A DNA stretch of 64,000 nt from an uncultured delta proteobacterium (lineage in GTDB: Bacteria > Myxococcota_A > UBA9160 > JAFDET01), in NCBI GenBank assembly GCA_947259215.1, contig CAMYLJ010000012.1:15589-79588 (forward strand). Reading direction: 5' to 3'. The stretch's first letter is position 1, and each line of letters starts with the position of its first letter. Positions 1 through 7,653 of the stretch are shown one piece after another. Under the pieces are notes generated by a model. The model ran no database searches and had not been told where the DNA came from. It worked only from the letters and a program-made list of their open reading frames with translations. The position numbers and the translations under genes were made by a program.

Positions 1-70
1 GTTCCTGGGAGGAGAGCACGCGGAACGGATCGAAGCGGCGCAGTTCTTCCGTGCGAGCCAGCCTCTTCAT
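1..70 (-). CDS. hypothetical protein, N-terminal fragment only (continues off the window)
   Basis: The ATG at 70-68 (minus) overlaps the TGA of the upstream amidohydrolase gene as ATGA. It reads MKRLARTEELRRFDPFRVLSSQE with G/C-rich third positions. Too short to assign a function. Confidence 0.3.
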   Translation of the reverse strand, partial: MKRLARTEELRRFDPFRVLSSQE

Positions 71-1467
71 GCGGACTCCTCGTAGGTGGCCTGCCCCAGC
101 GCTCCCTGCGTCTCGATGCGGTTGCGCAGCCGCGGGCCGTAGAAGTCCAGGGCGTTCTCGGAGAGCAGGCGCAACGCGTAGTCGGGATCGATCCCCGGCC
201 GTTCCGCCACCAGCCGCACGCAGTCGCGCAGCGTGGCGTCCCAGTGGCCGTAGTCCACCGCCATGCCGCAGAGACGCCGCGCGTCGTCGCCCAGCGCGGC
301 GGGCAGCCAGGCCGGAGCGGGATCGTCGGGCTCGATGGTGAAGAAGACCTGCCCGCTCCGGACGTACTCGCGGGGGTCGCGGGTCAGGCGCGGGTGCTCG
401 TAGAGGAAGGCCTCGCGCTCCTCGGCGCTCACCTCCTCCTCCGAGGGCAGGAAGAGCATGCCCAGCAGGGAGCGGGTCTTGCGCAGCAGGTCGCGGCTGC
501 CGCCGTGGCGCTCGCGGGCGAACTCCAGCAGGAACTCGGCCACACCCGGCTCCACGCTCGGGTCGAGGTCCCGGATCCGCTTCTCCCAGTGCTCGTGCAG
601 GCTGTGCACGAAGTCCGGCAGCCAGCCGACCCCCGCCTCCAGGAAGCCGAAGCGGAGCCGGGGGAAGGCCTCCATCACGCCGTCGAAGATCAGCTTGGCG
701 AGTGCCATCTGCTGCATCGCCCGGTTCGCGAAGACGTGCACGAGGGTGAAGCTGTCGAGCTGGTCCGACGTGCCACCGGCCAGCTGGACGCCCGGCGCGC
801 CGTGGATGCCCAGCGCCACGTCCAGCTCCTGGGCCGTCTCGTAGAGCGGGAAGAAGTCCGGGTGCGACAGCGGCTTCGGGACCCGGATGTCCGGGAAGCG
901 GTCCGGCGCGGCCGGGTGCGGCTGCGGGACGTTGGGCGCCATGCTCACCGAGGGCATGCCCAGCACCTCGACGCAGCGCCGCAGCTCGCGCTCGGCCTCC
1001 GCGGGCTCCTGCAGCGGCAGCACGCCGACCGGATGCAGCCGGCCCGAGTGCGCCGCGCAGTCCTCGTGGATGTAGTCGTTGTAAGCGCGGCACAGCGCCA
1101 CCGCGAGCTCGCCGTCGATGAGCGAGCTGAAGGCCAGGGTCACCGAGCCGTACACCACCTGGTGATCGATGCCCTCGCGGTCCATGTGCTCCAGGCGCAC
1201 CCGGTTGAAGAGGCCGCCGATCGTGGTCTCGGCGTGGTAGGGGCGATAGGTCCCCTTGCCGTAGCCGTCCGGCTGCAGGAAGACGCGCGCGAAGTCCGGA
1301 CGACCGGTCCGCGGGTCGCGATCCAGGATCTGGAAGCGCTGCTCGCCGTAGCGGTCCCGGACCACCGAGAAGCGCTGGCGGTAGGGCTCCGGGATGTAGT
1401 CGCCGAAGACGAGCGGGTTCTCGCACTTGTGACTGTCGGCGTCGATGACCGGATGACCGTGCAGCAT
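67..1467 (-). CDS. amidohydrolase-2 family metal-dependent hydrolase/decarboxylase-like protein
   Basis: 466 aa from the internal ATG at 1467; the upstream part of the 520-aa track ORF is Pro/Ser/Arg junk. The N-terminal HPVIDADSH metal-site-type motif and the overall pattern (VVYGS, HPVGVLP, GIHGA, FLEAGVGW) recall the ACMSD/LigW/LigJ-type amidohydrolase_2 family. Confidence 0.7.
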   Translation of the reverse strand: MLHGHPVIDADSHKCENPLVFGDYIPEPYRQRFSVVRDRYGEQRFQILDRDPRTGRPDFARVFLQPDGYGKGTYRPYHAETTIGGLFNRVRLEHMDREGIDHQVVYGSVTLAFSSLIDGELAVALCRAYNDYIHEDCAAHSGRLHPVGVLPLQEPAEAERELRRCVEVLGMPSVSMAPNVPQPHPAAPDRFPDIRVPKPLSHPDFFPLYETAQELDVALGIHGAPGVQLAGGTSDQLDSFTLVHVFANRAMQQMALAKLIFDGVMEAFPRLRFGFLEAGVGWLPDFVHSLHEHWEKRIRDLDPSVEPGVAEFLLEFARERHGGSRDLLRKTRSLLGMLFLPSEEEVSAEEREAFLYEHPRLTRDPREYVRSGQVFFTIEPDDPAPAWLPAALGDDARRLCGMAVDYGHWDATLRDCVRLVAERPGIDPDYALRLLSENALDFYGPRLRNRIETQGALGQATYEESA

Positions 1468-1530
1468 GGGAGCCCCCTGCCAGCTGTATCGCCTGCCGGC
1501 GGGTGGACTTGAGCTGCACATCCGAGAGGA

Positions 1531-1546
1531 TGCAAGCCAACTTGCA
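1531..1546. promoter_or_regulatory. operator-like inverted repeat TGCAAG-N4-CTTGCA between amrS and the amidohydrolase gene
   Basis: TGCAAGCCAACTTGCA is read directly. It lies about 64 nt upstream of the amidohydrolase ATG in a 103-nt spacer. No cognate regulator is identified. Confidence 0.2.
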
Positions 1547-1570
1547 CCCGGGAGGAGGGCTTCGGAGCGC

Positions 1571-2668
1571 CTAGCGGGCGGGAGCGGGGGTGTCGAACTC
1601 GGCCAGGCGCACGGGGCGGCGGCGCGCACCCCAGCTCCCAGGCGGGCCGTCGAAGACGCCGGGGCAGCGCACTCCGCAGGAGCGGCAGTGGCCGTCGTCG
1701 CTGAGGTTCCAGCCCGAGAGCACGTACCAGTCGCGCCCGATCAGGAGCTCGCCGCAGGCGTGGCACCAGGTGCTCTGGCCCTCGGGGTCGTGGACGTTTC
1801 CCGTGTAGACGTGGTGCACGCCCGCCTCGCGGGCGATCTCGCGGGCGCGCACGAGGGTTGCCGGCGGGGTGGCCGGAACGTCGCGCATGCGAAAGTCCGG
1901 GTGAAAGGCCGTGAAGTGGAGCGGCACGTCGGGCCCCAGATTCTCCATCACCCAGCGGCTGAGCTCGCGCAGCTCCTGGCTGGAATCGTTCTGGCCCGGG
2001 ATCAGCAGGGTGGTGATCTCGAACCAGACGTCGCTGTGGTGCTTCAGGTGCACCAGGGTGTCGAGCACCGGGGCCAGGTGGCCCGTGCAGAGCTTGCGGT
2101 AGAAGTGCTCCGTGAAGCCCTTCAGATCGATGTTGGCAGCGTCCATCCACTGGAAGAACTCGCGCCGCGGCTCTTCGCACACGTAGCCGGCCGTGACCGC
2201 GACGGAGCGGATGCCCCGCTCCCGGCACGCGCGCGCCGTGTCGATCGCGTACTCGAGGAAGATCACCGGGTCGTTGTAGGTGTAGGCCACGCTGCGGCAG
2301 CCGAGGGCCTCGGCTGCGCGCGCGATGCGCTCCGGCGGCGCCTCGTCCATCAGGGTGTCGAGCTCGCGCGACTTGCTGATGTCCCAGTTCTGGCAGAAGC
2401 GGCAGGTGAGGTTGCAGCCCGCGGTCCCGAAGGAGAGGACCGGCGTGCCGGGCAGGAAGTGGTTCAGGGGCTTCTTCTCGATGGGATCGACGCAGTAGCC
2501 GCTGGAGCGCCCCCAGGTGGTGAGCACCACCTCGCCGCCAATGTTGGCCCGCACGAAGCACAGGCCCCGCTGGTTGTCGTCCAGCTGACAGGCCCGCGGG
2601 CAGACGTCGCACTGCACGCGCCCATCGGGCAGCCGGTGCCAGTAGCGGGTGGAAACCTCCGACTCCAT
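1571..2668 (-). CDS. amrS: AmmeMemoRadiSam system radical SAM enzyme
   Basis: CNLTCRFCQNW is a CX3CX2C radical-SAM motif. The N-terminal Cys-rich YWHRLPDGRVQCDVCPRACQL and the C-terminal CHACG...CRSCG match the pyruvate-formate-lyase-activase-like AmmeMemoRadiSam partner. It lies divergent to the MEMO1-like and AMMECR1-like genes. Confidence 0.85.
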   Translation of the reverse strand: MESEVSTRYWHRLPDGRVQCDVCPRACQLDDNQRGLCFVRANIGGEVVLTTWGRSSGYCVDPIEKKPLNHFLPGTPVLSFGTAGCNLTCRFCQNWDISKSRELDTLMDEAPPERIARAAEALGCRSVAYTYNDPVIFLEYAIDTARACRERGIRSVAVTAGYVCEEPRREFFQWMDAANIDLKGFTEHFYRKLCTGHLAPVLDTLVHLKHHSDVWFEITTLLIPGQNDSSQELRELSRWVMENLGPDVPLHFTAFHPDFRMRDVPATPPATLVRAREIAREAGVHHVYTGNVHDPEGQSTWCHACGELLIGRDWYVLSGWNLSDDGHCRSCGVRCPGVFDGPPGSWGARRRPVRLAEFDTPAPAR

Positions 2669-2745
2669 GACCGGTCAGGATCGGTACGCGCCGGTGAAAG
2701 TCAACCAGGCCTTGCGTCGCCGGCGGCGGTGCCCATGCTATTAAC

Positions 2746-3540
2746 ATGCGCTGGAAGCGACCGCGCCGACCCGCCGTGGCCGGGCAATTCTACCCGGGCG
2801 ATCCGCGAGCGCTGGCGTCCGAGGTGCACGGATACCTGGACCAGGCGCGCGGCAACGAACATCCCGCTCCCAAGGCGATCATCGCTCCCCACGCGGGCTA
2901 CGTGTATTCGGGACCGGTGGCCGCCACGGCCTACGCACGCCTGGCGTCGGTCGCGGACGCCGTGGAGCGGGTGGTGCTGGTCGGGCCGTCGCACCGCGTG
3001 GCGTTTCGCGGTCTGGCGATCCCGTCCTCGGACGTCTTCACCACCCCGCTCGGCCCGATCCCCGTGGACCACGACGCCTTGCACGCCATCCGGTCGCTGC
3101 CCCAGGTGGTGGTCCGCGACGACGCCCACGAGAGCGAGCACAGCCTGGAGGTCCAGCTTCCCTTCCTGCAGGAGGTGCTGGGCGAGTTCGACCTCGTGCC
3201 CATCGCCGCCGGCGAGGCGAGCGCGGAGGAGGTGGCGGAGGTCCTCGACCGGCTCTGGGGCGGTCCGGAGACGTTGCTGGTGATCAGCAGCGACCTGTCC
3301 CACTACTACGACTACGAGACCGCGCGCCAGCTCGACGCCGTCACCACCCAGGCCATCGAGAAGCTGCGGCCCGAGGATCTCAACTGGGAGTCGGCCTGCG
3401 GGCGCGTCGGCGTGCGCGGCATGCTGGTGGCCGCCCGACGCCACGGGCTTCGCGCGCGCACCCTCGACGTCCGCAGCTCCGGCGATACGGCGGGCCCGCG
3501 GGACCAGGTGGTGGGCTACGGAGCCTATGAATTCGCCTGA
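2746..3540 (+). CDS. amrB: AmmeMemoRadiSam system protein B (MEMO1 family)
   Basis: The motifs AVAGQFYPGD, APHAGYVYSG, HSLEVQLPFLQ and ISSDLSHYY are characteristic of MEMO1/AmrB. Confidence 0.85.
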   Translation: MRWKRPRRPAVAGQFYPGDPRALASEVHGYLDQARGNEHPAPKAIIAPHAGYVYSGPVAATAYARLASVADAVERVVLVGPSHRVAFRGLAIPSSDVFTTPLGPIPVDHDALHAIRSLPQVVVRDDAHESEHSLEVQLPFLQEVLGEFDLVPIAAGEASAEEVAEVLDRLWGGPETLLVISSDLSHYYDYETARQLDAVTTQAIEKLRPEDLNWESACGRVGVRGMLVAARRHGLRARTLDVRSSGDTAGPRDQVVGYGAYEFA

Positions 3541-4078
3541 GCGCGAGACCCTGCTGCGGGTAGCGCGCGAGGCCGTGGTGGAGGGTGTCCGCCGGGGGAT
3601 ACCCTGGCTGCCCGATCCCCAGGAGTACCCGGCGAGCCTGCGCACTCCCGGCGCCAGCTTCGTGACCCTGCACGTGGACGGCCAGCTGCACGGCTGCGTC
3701 GGGAGCCTCGAGCCCGCGCGTCCGCTCGTGCTGGACGTCGCCCACAACGCCTTCGCAGCCGCCTTCCACGACCCGCGCTTCCCGTCGCTGGAGAAGGCGG
3801 AGCTCGAGGCGCTCGAGGTGCACATCGCGCTGCTGGGCCCGCTCCAGGCGCTCGAAGTGGGGTCGGAGGCGGAGCTGGTGGCCTGCCTGCGGCCGGGCGT
3901 GGACGGCCTGCTGCTCGAGGAAGGACGATATCGAGGCACCTTCCTGCCCGCGGTCTGGCAGAACCTCTCGGACCCGGAGGACTTCGTGCGCGCGCTCAAG
4001 CGCAAGGCCGGGCTGGCACCGGACCACTGGTCGGGCGCCGTGCGCGTCTGGCGCTACGAGGCGGAGTCGATTCCCTGA
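3527..4078 (+). CDS. amrA: AmmeMemoRadiSam system protein A (AMMECR1 domain)
   Basis: GASFVTLHVDGQLHGCVGSLEP, HDPRFP and GTFLPAVW are AMMECR1 hallmarks. It overlaps amrB by 14 nt. Confidence 0.85.
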   Translation: MNSPERETLLRVAREAVVEGVRRGIPWLPDPQEYPASLRTPGASFVTLHVDGQLHGCVGSLEPARPLVLDVAHNAFAAAFHDPRFPSLEKAELEALEVHIALLGPLQALEVGSEAELVACLRPGVDGLLLEEGRYRGTFLPAVWQNLSDPEDFVRALKRKAGLAPDHWSGAVRVWRYEAESIP

Positions 4079-4238
4079 GCCGACGCGCGGGCTCGCAAAC
4101 CCCCGTTGCGGCATCGGCTTTCCCGCCTGCGGCGATCGCGCAGGATGCAGGGCGCCACTCGAAGTTCAAGCTCCCGCTGCGGAATACCGATTCCGCCCTC
4201 GCTACTGCCAGGAGATCCCCCGGCGAGGATGCTGTCCC

Positions 4239-5366
4239 ATGCGCAAGGATTCGACGACGGCCGGCCGGCAGAGCGCCGGCGACGCAGCACTGGCCGACTG
4301 GACGAGCCCCGAGTGGCAGGGGCCCCACGCCCGCCTCCGCGACGATCTCTGCTATCGGACCATCTGGCTCGCTCGTGCCTTCGCCGGCCGTGAGCACCTG
4401 TTCGAGAAATGGGAGCGGCGGGTCCAGCGGCGCATCCTCGAGCAGTCCCGGGCGTCCGAGGAGGCGCCGGTGCGCGAGGTCGCGCACCTCTCCGTACGCG
4501 AGGCCGACGGCAGCACCGTCCGCCGCCTGATTGCCAATCACGTGCCCTTCGTGATCGACGGCTACCTGAAGGAGACCCAGGCGGTCCGGGATTGGTCCCT
4601 CGACACGCTGAACGAGCGCTGCGGAAAGGCCGCCGTCCATTCCTTCCAGGACGGTCTCGAGAGCGAGACGGATCGGCGCCCGTGGTACCACGAGCACACC
4701 TTCGAGTGGGCGACTTTCGGCGACGCGATCGACAGCATGCGCCGCGGCGAGCAGAACTACGTGACCGGCGTCTCCGCGATCTTCAAGCAGCACCCCGAGC
4801 TCATCCAGGAGGCGGGCCTGCCCGAGATCGAGCGCTTCGTCGGCCACGCGATCCGCAAGCCGGAGCTCTTCGTGGGCTCGACGCAGAACCAGACCTACTT
4901 CCACTGCGCGACCGCCGCCAACGTCTTCCTCCAGATCCACGGCCACAAGAAGTGGGTCCTCACGCACTCGCATCACTCGAACTGGATGTATCCGAGCTTC
5001 GGCTTCGGGCGTCTCGTGATGCGCTCGCCGATCATCAGCACGCGACCCGACGTCACCGACGACTATCCGCTCTTTGGCGCGATCCCCAGGTTCACGGTGC
5101 ACCTGGGGCCGGGCGACCTCTACTACAACCCGTCCTGGATCTGGCACGAGGTCTGGAACGTCACGGAGACGATCGGAATCGCCGCACGCATCATCCCGAG
5201 CGTGCGAACGCCGAATCCGTTCTTCGACTTCGTGCTCTACACGTCGGGGGTGTTCCTGAAGTACCTGCCGGCGATGGTGTGGGACTCGCTCACCGGCGGG
5301 CGCAAGTTCGCCTTCGACGACTCCATGGCCTCGGAAGCGTACCGGCACCGCTCCTCCCCGAGATAG
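4239..5366 (+). CDS. JmjC/cupin-8-like 2-oxoglutarate oxygenase-fold protein with an HxA variant metal site
   Basis: LFVGSTQNQTYFHCATAANVFLQIHGHKKWVL...GPGDLYYNPSWIWHEV matches the cupin_8/JmjC core (compare FIH [23 protein letters not shown]...YWWHHIES). The position of the carboxylate ligand is Ala224. A GAGGA motif lies about 8 nt before the ATG. Confidence 0.7.
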   Translation: MRKDSTTAGRQSAGDAALADWTSPEWQGPHARLRDDLCYRTIWLARAFAGREHLFEKWERRVQRRILEQSRASEEAPVREVAHLSVREADGSTVRRLIANHVPFVIDGYLKETQAVRDWSLDTLNERCGKAAVHSFQDGLESETDRRPWYHEHTFEWATFGDAIDSMRRGEQNYVTGVSAIFKQHPELIQEAGLPEIERFVGHAIRKPELFVGSTQNQTYFHCATAANVFLQIHGHKKWVLTHSHHSNWMYPSFGFGRLVMRSPIISTRPDVTDDYPLFGAIPRFTVHLGPGDLYYNPSWIWHEVWNVTETIGIAARIIPSVRTPNPFFDFVLYTSGVFLKYLPAMVWDSLTGGRKFAFDDSMASEAYRHRSSPR

Positions 5367-5411
5367 GCCTGGCTCGTGGCAGAGTCGACTCCCTGAGCCG
5401 GCGCCGCCCGG

Positions 5412-5834
5412 CTACAGGTCGCGCCGGAAGTGGAGGCTCGAGGCGCTGAAGCCCTCGCGCTCGTAGAAGCGGTGGGCCTCCGTGCGCTGGGTGCCGGAGT
5501 CCAGGTGCAGCTGGCGGCAGCCCTGGCTGCGCCCGTGGTCGGCGAGCCAGTCGAGCAGCGCCTTGCCGTGGCCGCGCGAGCGGGCCCCCGGGAGGGTCAC
5601 CAGGTCGTCCACGTAGAGGAAGCGCTCCCAGGCCAGGTTCTCACCGATGCGGAAGCCCGCGACGGCGACCACCCGGCCCGCATCGGCAACGCAGGCCAGC
5701 CGGTACCCCGTCTGCTCCTGGAGCCGCACGCGCGCCAGGAAGGCGTCCGCGTCGCTGCGATCCGTCCGCAAGCTCGCCATCACCGGGAAGCAGGCGCGGA
5801 TCTCCGCGTCGGTCTCGGCGATGCGAACCCCCAC
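5412..5834 (-). CDS. GNAT family N-acetyltransferase
   Basis: 140 aa with the acetyl-CoA loop PGARSRGHGKALLDW and the C-terminal AHRFYEREGF. It sits 10 nt downstream of purA on the same strand. Confidence 0.8.
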   Translation of the reverse strand: MGVRIAETDAEIRACFPVMASLRTDRSDADAFLARVRLQEQTGYRLACVADAGRVVAVAGFRIGENLAWERFLYVDDLVTLPGARSRGHGKALLDWLADHGRSQGCRQLHLDSGTQRTEAHRFYEREGFSASSLHFRRDL

Positions 5835-5844
5835 GGCCCCGCCG

Positions 5845-7119
5845 CTAGCCTCGGTCGATCAGCTGCGAGCGCTCCGGCCCCACCGAGACGTAGCGGATCC
5901 GGCAGCCGACCAGCTCCTCGATCCGCAGCACGTAGGCGCGCGCTGTCTCGGGCAGCGCGTCGAAGCTGCGGCAGCCCGTGACGTCCTCGTCCCAGCCCGG
6001 CCACTCCTCGTAGACCGGCCGCGCCTCGTCCAGGATCGGCGTCAGCGGGAAGCGGTCGCTGCGCCGGTCGCCGAACTGGTAGTGGGTGCAGATCTTGAGC
6101 GACGGCCGGCCGGACAGGCTGTCGAGCTTGGTGAGCGCCAGCTCGCTGGCTTCCTGGAGCTGCACGCCCCAGCGCGACGCCACCGCGTCGAAGTGCCCGA
6201 TGGTGCGCGCGCGCCCGGTGGTGGCGCCGTACTCCTCGGCGACCTCGCGCATGGCGTCGGCCTCGGAGTCGTCCATCATCGTCACGAAGGCGCCCTCGCC
6301 CACGCAGGTGGAGAACGCCTTCATCACGCCGAGCACCCGGTCGGGACGCACGCCGAAGAGCCCGCCGCCGATGGGCGCGAAGGCGGCGAGGCAGCAGCTC
6401 GAGGTGGTGAAGGGGTAGATCCCGAAGTGCACGTCGCGCAGGGCCCCGAGCTGGGCCTCGAAGAGCACGCGCTTGTCGGAGGCCACGGCCTCCTCCAGCA
6501 GCTGGCTGGTGTCGCAGATGCGGTCCTTCATGCGCTCGCCGAAGTGCCGCGACCACTCGAGCAGACGGTCGAAGGCGACGCCCTCCGCCTTTCCGTACAC
6601 GCGGCTCGCCACGATGTTCTTCCACTCCACCAGGTCGCGCAGCCGGCGCTCCAGGTAGTCCGGGAAGAGCAGGTCGCCCACGCGCACGGCCTTCTTGGCG
6701 TAGCGGTCGGCGTAGGCGGGCGCGATGCCGTTCTTGGTAGAGCCGTAGGCGCGGTCGCCCAGGCGCTCCTCCTCCCAGGCGTCCTCGTCGCGGTGGAACG
6801 GGAACAGGATCGTGGCGCGGTCGGAGACCACCAGGCGTGAGCAGTCGATCCCCGACCGCTCCAGGCCCTCGATCTCGTCCACCAGCGCCTCCAGGTTCAC
6901 CACCGTTCCCGGCCCCAGGACGCAGGTCACGTGGTCGTAGAAGACACCGGAGGGGATGAGGTGCAACGCGAACTTGCCGTGCTCGTTCACCACGGTGTGG
7001 CCCGCGTTGTTGCCGCCCTGGTAGCGGATGACGAAGTCCGCCTGGCGGGCCAGGTAGTCGACCATGCGACCCTTGCCCTCGTCGCCCCAATTGATGCCGC
7101 ACACGATCTCGACGCTCAT
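5845..7119 (-). CDS. purA: adenylosuccinate synthase
   Basis: WGDEGKGRMVDYL, RYQGGNNAGHTV and the full-length 424-aa pattern are typical of PurA. Confidence 0.9.
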   Translation of the reverse strand: MSVEIVCGINWGDEGKGRMVDYLARQADFVIRYQGGNNAGHTVVNEHGKFALHLIPSGVFYDHVTCVLGPGTVVNLEALVDEIEGLERSGIDCSRLVVSDRATILFPFHRDEDAWEEERLGDRAYGSTKNGIAPAYADRYAKKAVRVGDLLFPDYLERRLRDLVEWKNIVASRVYGKAEGVAFDRLLEWSRHFGERMKDRICDTSQLLEEAVASDKRVLFEAQLGALRDVHFGIYPFTTSSCCLAAFAPIGGGLFGVRPDRVLGVMKAFSTCVGEGAFVTMMDDSEADAMREVAEEYGATTGRARTIGHFDAVASRWGVQLQEASELALTKLDSLSGRPSLKICTHYQFGDRRSDRFPLTPILDEARPVYEEWPGWDEDVTGCRSFDALPETARAYVLRIEELVGCRIRYVSVGPERSQLIDRG

Positions 7120-7304
7120 GGCCCTCGCTCCCGGCCGCGCGGGAGCCCGGGGCGCACGTGCCCCGGGGATGCCGACGACCTGGTTTTGCTGGGGGAAGCC
7201 CGCCCTGGTGGAAGATCCGGGGCCGGGGTCCGAGGGCGAATGCTAGCAGCTCCCCTTCGGGGACGCCCCTCAAGGACCGATGCGCGGCATCCGATCCACC
7301 TCCC

Positions 7305-7613
7305 ATGCGAACCTTCATTGCGATCCTCGCCCTGGCCCTGACCCTCTCCGGATCCGCCGCGGCGGACTCGCTCGGGATCTCCTGCGACGGCGACCTGATC
7401 GGAAAGGGCGCCTCCAAGGCCGAGGTCCTGCTGCACTGCGGCGAGCCCCTGATCCGCGAGGAGGTCGGCGACATCCGACAGGACACGCCCGAAGGCCGCA
7501 GCAAGCTGCGGGTAGAGGAGTGGACCTACGACGTGGGCGAGGGCTCCTTCCTGCGCATCCTGACCTTCCACGGCGGGACCCTGGTCGAGATCGACATCGG
7601 CGAGCGGCGCTGA
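7305..7613 (+). CDS. DUF2845-like small secreted protein
   Basis: The ATG at 7305 gives the signal peptide MRTFIAILALALTLSGSAAA. This is followed by ISCDGDLIGKGASKAEVLLHCGEP...EEWTYDVGEGSFLRILTFHGGTLVEI, the two-Cys DUF2845 pattern. Confidence 0.7.
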   Translation: MRTFIAILALALTLSGSAAADSLGISCDGDLIGKGASKAEVLLHCGEPLIREEVGDIRQDTPEGRSKLRVEEWTYDVGEGSFLRILTFHGGTLVEIDIGERR

Positions 7614-7653
7614 CACGCCAGGAGGATCGCCAGCCGCTAGCCTCCAGCGCGCA

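Noticed and set aside
244-1512. 422-aa plus-strand ORF, together with many similar long ORFs (for example 1140..2747 minus, 1466..3283 plus, 13221..15290 plus, 24488..26755 minus, 41250..43112 minus, 49628..52129 minus and 60925..63822 minus)
   Set aside because: They lie antisense to, or in alternative frames of, genes with clear family signatures. Their products are Arg/Ala/Gly/Pro-rich low-complexity strings with no motifs. Long spurious ORFs are expected at this GC content.
2739-2744. TATTAA just before the amrB ATG as a -10 element for a leaderless transcript
   Set aside because: The hexamer ends 1 nt before the ATG, so a start about 7 nt downstream would fall inside the codons. The nearest -35-like TTGCGT is 21 nt away.
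7158-7304. Upstream extension of the DUF2845 ORF (track start 7158)
   Set aside because: The extension is Arg/Gly/Pro-rich junk. The ATG at 7305 gives a canonical signal peptide and the usual ~100-aa DUF2845 length.
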